Below, piece after piece: positions 1 through 12,764 of a stretch of DNA of 64,000 nucleotides; position 1 is the first letter of the stretch; each line of letters starts with the position of its first letter. This stretch comes from Lytechinus pictus (lineage: Eukaryota). Position numbers and translations under genes: made by a program. The notes beneath the pieces were generated by a model, which saw nothing but the letters and a program-made list of their open reading frames with translations, ran no database searches and was not told the DNA's origin. Location: assembly GCF_037042905.1 (NCBI RefSeq), contig NW_026974140.1, positions 1,056,001 to 1,120,000 of the forward strand, in the 5' to 3' direction.

Positions 1-99
1 TCGATCTTAGATCGATTTTATTATTGTTTAAACAAGTTAACACCTAGTTACCAATAATGCATGTAGCATTTCCATTTATTTGAAAGCAGGATAAAAGAG

Positions 100-850
100 C
101 AGGCTAAAATTGATTTTAAAATTCCATTTTAAATCAATTTTAAAATCGTAATTGTACCTGTCCTAATTATTTCATCAACCCCTCTTTTCCCTGCTCTTCA
201 AAACCATTCTGCCACTTTTAGACAGTTATAATTTTAAAATCGATTTTAAGATCGTATTTAAAAATTCGATTTTAAAAGCTCAAACATATATAAGACAGTC
301 GGCTAGCCACGATATCGCCTTATCAATCCCTATTATTTAATCCTCCTTTAGGGCTCTCCTGTATTAAAAAAACATTAAAATCCCATAGACGGAGCCCTAA
401 AGGAGGACTAAATAATAAGGATTAACAAGGCGATATCGTGGCTTAGCCAACTTTCTGAAAGTGGCAGGGTGGTTTTGAAGAGGAGGGAAAAGAGGGGTTG
501 ATGGTAAAATTCGGTTGATTACGAATTTAAAATTGATTATAAAATCGATTTTGAAATCAATTTTACAATCGATTGTAAAATCGTATTTCAAATTGGTTTT
601 AAAAGCTCAAACATTTTCCAAGACAGTTGGCTAGCCACGATATCGCCTTGTCTTGAAAAATGTTTGAGCTTTTAAAATCAATTTAAGATACAATTTTAAA
701 ATCGATTTTAGAATTATAACTGTCTAAAAGTGGCAAAGTGATTTTGAAGAGAAGGGAAAAGAGGGGTTGATGGAATAATTAGGGCAGGTATAATTACGAT
801 TTTAAAATTGATTTTAAAACGATTTAAAATCAATTTCAAAATCGATTTAA
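100..850. repeat. Compound inverted-repeat (foldback/MITE-like) block
   Basis: GGCTAGCCACGATATCGCCTT...TTTAGGGCTC (~301-356) is inverted at ~392-450. The CCCCTCTTTTCCC...CTTCAAAA module (~180-215) recurs inverted at ~460-500 and ~728-770. Confidence 0.75.
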
Positions 851-1023
851 GTTCAATATAAGATCCATTTTAGTTTTAGTCTTAAAAGACCATTCACATT
901 TTTGCTGATGCTGATGAGAAGTTAGTTTTGGTTGTCAGAGCATTATTTGTCCTGCGTCTAAACTGTGTATGAGGGACTGTTTTAATATCGGAAGGTAGGA
1001 GAGAGAGAGAGAATTTTAGGTGG

Positions 1024-1208
1024 TTTCATGTACATGTGCGATTCTTGTCAGCGCATGGGGGGCCTTCGCGTAATAAAAGAAGTGTCAAGGTAATTTTATG
1101 AATTATTGTCTCTATTTCCGTTCTTTTCTGTTTTATATTGTTGATGGAGTTGTTGTGATAGTCATACCAGGAATGGTATTTTCTTAAGATTCCCTCCCTG
1201 ATATGACA
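1024..1208 (+). repeat. 5' LTR
   Basis: TTTCATG...TGACA, near-identical to 16293-16481; contains AATAAA. Confidence 0.95.
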
Positions 1209-1210
1209 TA

Positions 1211-1224
1211 TGGGGGCTTGTCCG
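1211..1224 (+). promoter_or_regulatory. Primer-binding site, tRNA-Pro type
   Basis: TGGGGGCTTGTCCG lies 2 nt after the LTR and matches the canonical tRNA-Pro PBS TGGGGGCTCGTCCG with one mismatch. Confidence 0.85.
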
Positions 1225-1893
1225 AAATATAATTTTACAAGCCATTTTTCTTGCTCGGGTTGTGTCCGATCTCGCTTTGGTTTACGTGATTGTCCCACGT
1301 ATCTAATTTGATGTCGGGTTTATCTCTGCTTTGGCATTTGCCTACTAGTCTCGGCCACTTCTGACATCTGTACTACATGTAGCTACGTAGCGTAGGCGTT
1401 GTTTGTGATCTCGATTTCAGGATTTATGTCTATTTATTAAATAGCTTGTACTTCAGTCGTTGCCTGGTGCTATTTAATATTCTTACTGTACACTTTTCAG
1501 GACATTTTTCGTCACGATTCTGCTCTGTTCATTGCCTGGATGAGTTTGGCCGGCAAGAACAGACTTCATTTCGTAACGTTGTCTTCTTCGGTGATTTAGA
1601 CCTATCCTTGATTCTTTAGTCAATCTAGGTCCTATGCCATTCTAGAGCCTTAGAGTTAGATGAGTTTTTTATGTGACTTTTTTTGTCTCTTGTTAGACTG
1701 GGTCATACTATTTTGACATTAGGCCTAAACTTATGCCTGGTTTCGAAACTGAAGCACGTGTGACATAGCCTGGGCCGTGGCATGGGCGCATGACATTTTA
1801 ATGATTTTTTTTAGACAGTGTTCTGTTAGATCTCCTAAATACTTGTTTCTTTTTATTCTTCTTTTTTTCTGTCGATTTACTGGATAGAGAAAT

Positions 1894-3096
1894 ATGGCAC
1901 AGTTTAATGTAGATACGTTTTTTAAGGCAGACCTTACACTCGTTGGCTTGCGTCAGCTGCATAAAGATGATCTGATAGCGGTTGGACAGAAAATGTCGCT
2001 AGAACTTTCGGGTTTGAAGACTAAGGCAGAGCTATTTTTTGCTATTGCGGCCCGTGCGGAATTGATACCTGAAAGTGTGAGTGGTGATTCTGATAATGAT
2101 TGTGATGACAGAACTAAACTTGACGGTGATGAGGTACGGCTTGCACTGGCCCGTATTGAACTCGAAGAAAGAAGAGATAGGCTGAGAGCTGCTGAGCATG
2201 AGAGGGAAATGGAAAGAAAGCGACTGGAGTTTGAGATGATGCGGCATAGTGAAATGGTGTCTCAGAGTGGGTAGTTGGGTGAGAGAGAGAAAAGGTCAAT
2301 TGAAGCTGGGTTCTCTGCCAGGGTAAAGCTTATTCCAAGGTATAATGAGACTGATTTAGACTCGTTCTTTCTTTTGTTTGAGAGAGTAGCCAGGAAAATA
2401 GAATGGCCTGAAAGTGACTGGGCATTGCTCATTCAGCAAGTCATTTCAGGCAAGGCACAGTCTGTCGTGTCTGCATTGAGCTATGATCACGCTTTTGACT
2501 ATTGGAAAATGAAAGATGCCATCCTTCAGGCGTTTGAGCTAGTCCCAGAGGTATACCGTCAGATGTTTCGTGATCTCAAGAGGGATCCCGCAGAGACTTG
2601 TGTTGAGTTTGCACGTCGCAAAGAGGTCGCATTTGATAGATGGATCCGGTCTCTGAGAATTGAGACGACATATGAATCACTGCGTGAGGTTATTTTGATT
2701 GATGAGTTCACAAGATGCATGTCCCGTGATGTTAAAACATACATGAATGATCATGCTGTTGTTAGTGTCAGAAATGCTACAATGCTGGCAGATGGGTATG
2801 GGTTGTCACATAGAAGTAGCGCATCGCAGCTCCAACCTCCTAGTCCGTTAGCGAGTGGTTTTGGTTGGATTAGGTCCAAGACGTTACATAAGGAAGTAGA
2901 GAGGTCAAAGTCACCGAAGAGTAAGTTGAGTGGTGGTAGCCAAGCTAATGGTGTTAGACCAGAGGGCATGTTGTTTTGTGCATACTGTAAGAAGGATGTG
3001 CACCTTATTTATCATTGTCAGAAACTAAAGGACAAGAATACTGGTCAGAATAAAGTCCAGGCCAGCGGTTTGTTCGGCCGGCTACGGTTTGTATAG
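1894..3096 (+). pseudogene. gag: gag (SCAN-like capsid plus CCHC zinc knuckle), in-frame stop at 2272-2274
   Basis: ORFs 1894-2274 and 2275-3096 share one frame. FERVA..WP..DWALL, YRQMFR...FDRW...LREVILIDEF (SCAN-like) and CAYCKKDVHLIYHC. Confidence 0.9.
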
Positions 3097-3104
3097 GAGA
3101 CCCT

Positions 3105-3727
3105 GTGTGTGGTGATGGGGTAAAGCAGAAGTTTCGTGATGGGGTGGATGAAGGATACAATGAATTTATTTCTGATGGCACGGTGAAGTTCACTGTTGAT
3201 GGAGAAAAATTTCCTGTTGTGATTTTGAGAGATACTGGCTCTGTTCAGTCATCCTTGGAATCTTGCTGTTTCACAGGCATGAGAGTTCTGATCCAAGATG
3301 GGAATGAGGGTTTCAAATCTGTTCCTCTATATGATGTAGAACTTTGTAGTGGGCTGGTTTCTGGGCGAGTGACAGTTGGCATTGTTTCTCGATTGCCTAT
3401 GAAAGGAATCACAATGCTGCTTGGAAATGGTTTGGCTGGGGGTAAGGTGCAGCCATCTACTGTGTTGAGTGACATGCCGGTAGTGGATTCCAAGACAGAG
3501 GCTTTGAAAACGGCTATCCCATGTATTTTTCCATCGTGTGCAGTTACTAGAGCGCAGGCTATGGCAGGGAGAGATGAGAGAGAGGTTGAAAATGGTGGTG
3601 ACATAGATGTAGGGGATACAATTTTCAGAGATCTGAGTGAGAGTATGAATAGTCAGACTGGTGATGATAGGACTGTTTTCAGCCAGCCTGCCTTGATTGC
3701 AGCCCAACAGTCAGCTGCAGACTTGAA
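3105..3727 (+). pseudogene. pol: Aspartic protease region of pol
   Basis: ILRDTGSVQS active-site motif and MLLGNGLAGG; cut by the insertion at 3728. Confidence 0.88.
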
Positions 3728-5374
3728 GGCCCGAATTCACAAAGGTGGTTTTTGCAGAAACCATGGTTTCAACCGTGGGTTTTACTGATTTTGCGATTCA
3801 CAAAGGTGGTTTCAAATGAAACCATGGTTTCAACCGTGGGTTTTCGGCATGATTTTGAGTCAACTGTTTTAGGTGGTTTCAAACCGTGGGTTTTAGAAAA
3901 ACCATGGTTTTTAGGCACATTGACCAATCACAGAACAGTATTTCGGTACATTGCTGAGCAAGTGGAGATAGACGACGATAAATAGATTTGCATGAAAAGA
4001 AAAGAAGCTAGAAGCGAAGCGTGTAATATCGGTATTTGCCGAGCTGTGAGAACATCGTGAGTAATTTACCATTTTATAGCGACGATGAATATTTTTTCTA
4101 CGTCTGTGTGTATTTGTTTGTGAAGAAATATTATAATTAATGCTGTAAATGCATGCAGATTTAGGAGCGGAACGGTGGACTCGTGATGGGGAAAAGCATT
4201 ATCGCACGCAAGTTATTTTCTAGTCCCACGCGTGTAGTTTTGTGTCCTGTCAAAAGATTATGAAGAGCTCTCCGTACCGAATCGCTCAGCTCTAACCAGG
4301 CCAGGGAGCTCCAGGCCTGAGCTCCCTTGGTTAGCTCAGCCTCAGCTCTGGAGAAGCGATGCATGACAAAGCCGCCAAAGTAGTCAGACTTTCAACCACA
4401 ATTGTGCAAAATTCAAGAAAATTTTATTCTTTATTTATACCTTAGTTTGATATGATTTTTTTAGTATAAATTAAAGTAACTGCACAAACAGCATCACTTA
4501 ATAATAATAAGTTAATTAATGGGCATGTTGCCTGTGAGGCTGTGTTGTTATTGCCTTGTTGGGTAAATTTAGTGAATGGGAAAACACTTCCTATAAACTG
4601 TGTCTAGTCATTGTTAATTGTTTGTAGATCCTGTCTATAATAATAGTGTTCGCAATTTTTTTTCTTCAAAATTTACTTATTCAGAATCGGATCCAACTGG
4701 AGAAATGTTTGAACTAGATCTAGCCTCGGCTCGAGGACGAGGACTCTGTGATGATATTTTTAAAATTTTGAGTTGACAGTGTCTTATCATTATGGAGCCG
4801 GAGCACGCGCTAGGCTAGGGCAGGCCTGCGTAGCTAGGGCTGTGTCAGTGTGTGTCGAAGAAGTTGGTAAAATTGTCAATGATGGAATCCCCTTCAATAT
4901 CCACATCACTGCCAATTGGTAGAATACACTGAATGGAATTAATTTAAATTTTATACCTTTTTACCACCTAAACTAAAGCATATAAAAGGAATAACAAATT
5001 ATTATGTAGGGCCTAAATAATGAAAACATGAAAAATTAGAGGTTTCTTACCAGACCGATCTAGTGACTAGTGGCCATTGCAAAATCTTGCCATCCCTTGC
5101 TCACCCTGCGTAATACATAGGCTTGACTCAGTTTGTTTATATGATGTAGCTACAATAAGATGAGCTACGTTATGGAGCGCCATTCTATAGAACAATTCAT
5201 TGAATACATTATTTTAGCAAATGATATTATGAATTTACATTTTGGTTGGAAATACTATCATTTAATCTGGCAGATTTGAGACATGTTGAATTATGTCCAT
5301 TATATTAAAAAAAAAAGTTATTTCATGTAGATCTACAGGTCTGTACTTTTTTTATTTCCGCAGTAAATTTTCGA

Positions 5375-6924
5375 ATGGATGAAAACATCTTACAACATGT
5401 GCAGGCTGTCCTGAAGAATGAAGGAGGATTGTTAGAGAGGTATGTTTATTTTTTTTCTATGTGGACTATTGTCTATTTTCTTTTTTTTTTCTTTGTCACC
5501 ATCTAAAAAAATTAATCATAAAATTGGTTTCATGATAAAGAAGCATGTATTTTGATCAATTTCAAACTTGGTTGACGTACACATCTGACAGTTACTGAAC
5601 TAATCTGAATTCTGTGTCACATGATCAATGGTCATAGAGTACTAGACCAAAGGCTTCAGTCTCTGTATTTTGGTTGTTCCGCTGAACTGCGTAAAGGATT
5701 ATAGTGAAATGTCAGAAATTGTTAAGGAAATCCCCAGAAACGACGGTTATTCCTGTCTAATAGAGTACATGCCTAAATGTCAAAAATTTTGTAGATCCAG
5801 TTGATCAATTTAAATTTATGAGAATGACAATGTGATTAGGTTGGCAAAATAAGGAATTCATAAGTCAACTGACCAAATATGCAGATTTCTCAAAAGGTAG
5901 GCCAATAAATTTCGACAATATGCAGTAAAGGTAGTTAATACATAGTTGTTGTTTATTCAATGTTGTTTAAATATTTTCTTTTGCTTCTTACTCTATTCTA
6001 ACTCACTAGGAATATGCCAACCAGAACTGCAATTAGGAGTCATTGACAGGAGGAACCTTTGTGACTTGTACGAGGATGAAGCTTTCAAGCACCACACGCT
6101 ACCTTATCAACATGCTTGAAGATGATCTGAGCCTGAGGAGGGACAAAGGGCCTAGTGATCGACTACCTTTGTATCTGCAAATATCGACAATTCTGCGTTT
6201 GTATGCTGTAAGTATTTCTTTTATAAGAAAGTTATGACATAAACATCTCAAGACAAGCCTAGTGTATGCAAATATTAGTGATGTTGCTGTAAAAAGAAAT
6301 CGAACTCAATGTAAAAAGTGATAATAAATTTTGGCAACTGCCTGTTTTTAATTCACAATGAACTGAGCCTATGATTATTATTTTATATTTTTGAAAAAAA
6401 TAGAAAATACAATCAGAAATGTAAATTAGAACTAGAAGTTTTGTCATCCATTGTCGACAGATTCTTCCAAAATCCATACTTTACATTTAGGTGGTATAAT
6501 TATCTTGGTTATTTGAAAAAAGTATTGCATCTGCTTTGCTCAATGTATGTTTGTCACACAATTGTTTATGGGGTTGGGAAAAGTTTAACCTTTAGACCAG
6601 TAAAGTAATGTTAAACTGAGTTCTATGATATTTAAAGGATTCCATATGGGATCAAAAATGATTTTTTTTAAATCTTTGAATGTAAAGACGATGAAATAGT
6701 TATTTCTTGTTTTATCTTTGTCATCTGAAAAAATAAAATCAGAGAGTAATGTGCAACTTCTGGCAATATATCTTCATTTACAGGATAATTTCAGGGAATA
6801 CATGGTGATGAGACATCAGCTGTTGAGTGATCAAAGATGTTTAGCAAGCCATAGCAAGAAGAAAGGTTTTGTGAGAACTTCAACAACCAGAGATGAGATT
6901 GAGGCTACCCAACAACAACTGTAT
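5375..6924 (+). pseudogene. Intron-split HARBI1-like transposase relic (exons ~5375-5439, 6010-6207, ~6781-6924)
   Basis: GT-AG bounded segments encode VIDRRNLCDLYEDEAF, RYLINMLEDDL...LPLYLQISTILRLYA and G*FQGIHGD...TTRDEIEATQQQLYE. These are typical of the Harbinger transposase N-terminal half; frameshifts and stops are present. Confidence 0.7.
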
Positions 6925-7185
6925 GAGCGTTGTGGCCCAGTGGATTAGTCTCACGGACCTTGAAACAGAGGGTCGTGGGTTCGAATCCCAGCCATGGCAT
7001 AATTTCCTTCAACAAGAAACTGATCCACACGGTGCTGCACTCGACCTAGGTGAGGTAAATGGGTACTGGTAGGAAGTAATTCCTCAAGAAGCTGTGAACG
7101 CCTAGCTTAGCCGAATAATATAGGAGCGCCTTGAGCACCTAATAAGGTGGATATGTGCGCAATATAAATACTCTATATTATTATT
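6925..7185 (+). mobile_element. tRNA-derived SINE
   Basis: Box A TGGCCCAGTGG, box B GGTTCGAATCC, central GCTGCACTCGACC..GGTGAGGTAAATGGGTAC core, (TAT)n tail. Confidence 0.85.
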
Positions 7186-7296
7186 TTGAGTACCAGTACT
7201 ACAGGAATTCAATAGTCATATGTGTGATCGATGGGACCCATGTCTATATAAGATAATAAGAATTCCTGGAGGAACACAAGCTTTGTACTTTTTTGA

Positions 7297-7887
7297 AGGG
7301 CAAGTCCACCCCAACAAAGAGTTTCTTTGATATAATAGAGAAAAGTCCAGTGAGCATAACACTGAAACTTTCATTAAAATTTGATGTAAAATGAGAAAGT
7401 TCTGACATTTTGAAGTTTTGCTTATAAGTTATTTTCACAAAACACCTGTGCACATCCTGGTCATTATGCACATAAACGACCAAGTGACGTTCTCCATTCA
7501 CCGTTTCTTTTGAAATATATCATTAAATATGATTTTTTTTTTGCCTCATAATGTGTAATACAGGTGTACCGGTATGCTTTGATTTCTCCCTGAAATTTGT
7601 GTAAAAAGCCATTGTGGCAACCTGAACTCAATTCAATGAAGACTTGTAATTGTGAATTCTGTAAAAATTCAAGTTTTATAATATATTTCATATCTTGATA
7701 TGCAAAAGAAAGACTGTGACATAGACTTAATTGCATATCACCTGTTTTGTGCATATAAGTGATTTGTGTGAATCTTTGATATGTCATTACTTATTTTACA
7801 TCATATTTTGATGTTGTCAGTGTCATGCATGTTTTATTTTTATCTATCCATTCAAATAAACTTTTTGTTGTACAGTGGACTTGCTCT
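7297..7887. mobile_element. Kolobok-like non-autonomous element (decayed)
   Basis: AGGGCAAGTCCAC ... GTGGACTTGCTCT imperfect TIR; flanks degenerate. Confidence 0.55.
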
Positions 7888-7950
7888 AGAACAGGTATTT
7901 TTGTATGTACATGTAAGAATTTCATTATTTATTTGTGTCTTTTCTTTTAA

Positions 7951-9508
7951 CGCTTTTTTACTGGGGGTTGAAGCAACCTCCCTTGAGATCTTGGCCAATG
8001 ATCACGTAAACGCCTTGAAAATTGGTATGATAATAGTGGGGGATGTAATGTGCAATGAAATTATATGGTTAATTTTTCCGAAATTGTCAGATCTTTTATA
8101 TGAATTATGCTAATTTATGTGTAAATTATACTTTTATACCATTGCTATAAAATGCTAACAATCAAATATATATAAAAAATCCTAGTTTGAAAATGAATTT
8201 CTTATGTATTTTATTGTTTTATGAATTTCCTATGTATATCTTTGTTTTTGTCTCACCTGCATAGCAGAGTGAGACTATAGGTGCCGCTTTTCCGACGGCG
8301 ACGGCGGCGGCGGCGGCAACGGCGACGGCGGCGTCAACACCAAATCTTAACCTGAGGTTAAGTTTTTGAAATGACAGCATAACTTAGAAAGTATATGGAC
8401 CTAGTTCATGAAACTTGGCCATAAGGTTAATCAAGTATTACTGAACATCCTGCCTAAGTTTCATGTCACATGACCAAGGTCAAAGGTCATTTAGGGTCAA
8501 TGAACTTAGACCATGTTGGGGGAATCAACATCAAAATCTTAACCTAAGGTTAAGTTTTTGAAATGTCATCATAACTTAGAAAATATATGGACCTAGTTCA
8601 TGAAACCTATACATAAGGTTAATCAAGTATCACTGAACATCCTGCATGAGTTTCACGTCACATGACCAAGGTCAAAGGTCATTTAGGGTCAATGAACTTT
8701 GGCCGAATTGGGGGTATCTGTTGAATTACCATCATAACTTTGAAAGTTTATGGATCTGATTCATGAAACTTGGACATAATAGTAATCAAGTATTACTGAA
8801 CATCCTGTGCAAGTTTCAGGTCACATGATCAAGGTCAAAGGTCATTTAGGGTCAATGAACTTTGGCCAAATTGGGGTATTTGTTGAATTACAGCCATAAA
8901 TTTGAAAGTGTGTTGATCTAGTTCATAAAACTTGGACATAATAGTAATCAAGTATCACTGAACATCCTGTGCGAGTTTCAGGTCACATGATCAAGGTCAA
9001 AGGTCATTTAGGGTCAAAGAACTTTGGCCACGTTGGGGGTATTTGTTGAATTGCCATCATATCTCTATAAGTGTATTGGTCTAGTTCATAAAACGTGGAA
9101 ATAAGAGTAACCAAGTATCACTGAACATCTTGTGCGAGTTATAGTAGTTTTCAAAATCAGCACTGCTGCTATATTGAATCGCGTGATGCAGGTGAGACGG
9201 CCAGAGGCATTCCACTTGTTCAACCTTTTGGTTTTCTTTATTAAGAAGATGAGAAAACTCAACATTGACCTTTTACACAAAATCCCATTTTGGAGCAATT
9301 TTGGGTCTGACATGCACTTATGTAATGTTGAGTAATTTTCCAACCGCATACCAGGCATCGTAAATTTGGTCTCAAAAGATGTGCAAGACTTCAAAATAAA
9401 ATGTTGGCGAGCGGCACGGTCGTATAATTTCTCACAGTGGAATGGTCGTGGAAAATGTCGAGGGTGGGGGGGTTGAATCAACCCCCCCCCCCCCCCGCGG
9501 TTTTAGGG
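7951..9508. mobile_element. TTAA-associated (piggyBac-like) non-autonomous element, host of the Helentron-like insert
   Basis: Begins after TTAA and ends ...TTTTAGGG-TTGA. Shares GAGATCT and GGTCTCAAAAGATGYGCAAGAC motifs with 37478-42277. Confidence 0.55.
8245..9220 (+). mobile_element. Helentron-associated (HINE/DINE-1/pearl-like) element with internal tandem array
   Basis: Subterminal inverted repeat GTCTCACCTGC (8250-8260) / GCAGGTGAGAC (9188-9198); GGC microsatellite; ~5 core repeats of ~162-192 bp with GGTCAAAGGTCA; T-rich flanks. Confidence 0.8.
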
Positions 9509-10589
9509 TTGAAATAGCACATGATTTTTGAGAATTTCACATGAATACAAAGGAAATTATCTAATCTATTTCTTTTTTAAGTATTTGAAATTAACTTTTA
9601 TCAGATTTAGTTTCTTTCACAGACTACATGTATCTTCAATGATTTTTAAATTTAAACAGTTTGTTAAAAAAAACACTATTTAATCACGAAGCATCAAATG
9701 TAAATTCCTCATTTACTTTTTCATGTAAAATATTCTCACATATTTCAAATTGTATTTTTCAAATGTTTAGAACTTTGATAGCTCCCAGAAAGTTTATTGC
9801 ATGCTCCAAAATATGCATATGTGTCCATGAGGATGATGAGGTCAAGGGTCATCAATTTAAATTGCTCTAATATCTTTGTTTTTGCATTAGTTGTGTTTAC
9901 ATTTTGCACAGATAACCATTGGGTATTAAATACCACATGTACATGTATGTCCAAGAGGATGACAAGGTCAAAAGATCATATTGCATAGTTTATTGATCGT
10001 GATATCAGGCGAGACACGTGGTTCACCTTGTTTTTTGTTGAAATTTATTCTTTTCATGTGTCCACAGGGCAACAGCCTATCTGAGCCTTATGAATAGAGC
10101 TCGACTCGGGCAACTGGGAAAACACTAGCTTGGCCTGGCACATGCACATTTAGGGGGCATGAATGAAACAAAAGGGCAATTAATGTATTTTCTTGGAAAA
10201 AATATAATTTCAATTGACCCCCCAAGGATAACCTGATGGCCTAGTTGAGGAAACCAGGCAGCCTAACGAGTAGAGCTTGACTCGGTCAACCAGAAAAACA
10301 CCAGCTAATAATGAACACTAATGATTATTCATATAGGCCATTGTTGTATTGTAATACAAGAATGTGGCAAGATATCAAAACCTGGAATAAGTATTTATTT
10401 ATTTCACAAATATTTGTAATTTTACAATATGTTATAAAATGCCAATTGAGTATTAGATTTTCAGTGTGTTATATTTTTATGTAATTTCCTGATGTGATTT
10501 TCCAAGGTACCAGGTGATTTCATGCAAATTAAAGATATACAGAAAAGATACAAGAGTAGTCTTAATTCCCTTTTCCTGATTTGGACGAA

Positions 10590-11160
10590 ATAATCATGAA
10601 GATAATCAAGATGACTTTGGTGGTGATGAGGATTTTAATGGTGTTGTTGCTGCTGATGGTGTGATGATGAAGTTGGTGGTGATGATGGTGGTGGTCATAC
10701 ATGTGATGGTAATGATGATGTTGGTGGTGATGATGGGTTGGTGTTGATGATGAGGTTGGTGATGATGATGAGGTTGGTGATGACGATAAGATGATAGCAA
10801 TGGTGATGTTTTTTTTTGTTTTTTTATGTATAGCAATGGTGATGTTAGTGTTGATGGTAATGATGTTGACGATAGTAATGATCATCCCCCTTTCATCTCC
10901 ATCCGCCTTTTATCTCCAGCACTCTTATCTATATATATCCCTCTCATCGACATCCCTCCTCTGATCATCTCCCTTCCTCCTCACCATCTCCATCCCTCCT
11001 CTCACCATCTCCATTACTCTATCCTCTCATCTCCATCCTCCGATCCCCTCCACCCCCGTCTCAATCACCCTCATCACCTCCATCCCTCCCATTATCTCCA
11101 TCACCATCTCTTTCCTCTCAACATTTCCATCCCTCTCAACATCTCAATTTTTCTTATCTC
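10590..11160. repeat. Low-complexity (GAT/GGT)n followed by a CT-rich tract
   Basis: Visible directly; source of spurious His/Thr-rich ORFs. Confidence 0.85.
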
Positions 11161-12764
11161 CATTTGTCTCAGGAAAATGCCTATACACAAGATAGAATTC
11201 AACAGTCAAAATACTTCTTTTGAAATATAATATCCCTTAGTAAAGTGGGTTTTATTATTTACCATATAAATTTGAATAATTACATCTATAAACACTGTAT
11301 ACTTAACCGAATTTGCATTTTTGAAAGTGAAACTGAATTTTTTCATGCACACTTTCAGTGGATATGAAAATGTTAAGTAAAATTAAATTATTAAAAATTC
11401 CAGGGGGGGGCAACTGCTGGGTACCAAGCCGGCCCCATGTATATTTTCCCTTAATACTCAAACAACCACGTAATAAGCATAGAACTCATTCTAAGGCTAA
11501 GCTGTACACCAGGGGAAAAATAATATAAAAAAGCAATATATTATTCATTAAGCTGCAAGGGAAAACAAGGAATTGAAAGGGGCAAAATTAGATCAATTTA
11601 TCCATGTTATTTTAAATTCTGTAAAAAAATGCTAAGTCCCCTATTTTTTTATTTTATTGATCGCTTCCTTCGGCCCGGCATGCCCACACCATATTTCGGG
11701 GGCCGGGGCGAAAACGCCCCCCCCCCCCCCCTCGGCATGCGTACGTTATTAAATATTAGTACTACATTTCATCATCATCATCATAGGAAGAAGGCGGTGG
11801 CCTGTAATTCCCGGTCACTCCATCTATGGTTTTAGTCTGGTGAATTTATTACTGTACGCATGCTGAGGAGTGGGGATTTAATTTTAGCCTGAATCGAACA
11901 TCCAAAAGTCAAAGAAATTGAAGCCTATTATTACTTAAAACTAAGCTATACACCATTGAAAATAAATATACATAAACAAAATCATTTATTTAAAAATGTA
12001 GAAGGGCAGAGCCTACGATGTCAAATTAAGCTTCACTCAGCTCAGCTCGGCTCTTTACACGCCCACTTCCGTTGAGGATATTCGGGCAGCTACGGGGGCC
12101 GAGCTACGCAGTATTGCGATGAAAAGCACCAAATCGTTCATCCGATTTTCGCTACTCACGATCAGAGAGAAAATATGACAAACCTCAACAATCGTGCATC
12201 TACAGTGAATGTTACTCTCTCTATGAAGAAATTGAGTTAAGGGAATACAAGAAAGTCTATCTTCTGCGACAAAAGTGAAGAAAATGAATTATGATCACAA
12301 AATTAAGTCAGTTCTTGAGCCGGGGCCGACCAATACGGTACAGCAGCTAAATAAACGCGGGCCTGCTACATGGGAATCGCGAGATAGCTAGAAGCGCATA
12401 AAATTACACCCTTTTTTTAATATTTCACCAAAAAAAGTTGTAGTAAGTGAAGAATCAGACCATATTACCAGTGCTATTTGTTGAATGTAAGTTTTTAATG
12501 AACTGAGCATGCTCAGTACACGCTAGAAAAGGGGAAATCCCTGGTTTTGAGGTAAAACCCACGGTTTAAACCATGGTTTCATTTGAGTCCACTGTTGAAT
12601 CCATGGTTTCATTTGAGACCACTGTTGAAACCGTGGGTTTTAGAAACCATCGTTTGTGAATCGCAAGTTTTAGAAACCATGGTTTTTGAAAAACCATGGT
12701 TTCTAAAACCCACGGTTTCTAAAAACCATGGTTTCAAACGAAACCACCTTTGTGAATTCGGGCC

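Larger units (their letters stand above)
3728..12764 (+). mobile_element. PIF/Harbinger DNA transposon (~9.0 kb) inserted in pol
   Basis: 24-bp TIR GGCCCGAATTCACAAAGGTGGTTT; 3-bp TSD GAA (3725-3727 and 12765-12767); subterminal AAACCATGGTTT repeats at both ends. Removal restores pol AADLK-GLYHVAL. Confidence 0.93.

Noticed and set aside
2272..2274. Programmed readthrough stop in gag
   Set aside because: The stop is mid-gag rather than at the gag-pol junction, and the element has many other lesions.
6925..7000. tRNA gene
   Set aside because: The tRNA-like head continues into a SINE body and (TAT)n tail.
10562..11230. His/Thr/Pro-rich ORFs
   Set aside because: Translations of low-complexity sequence.
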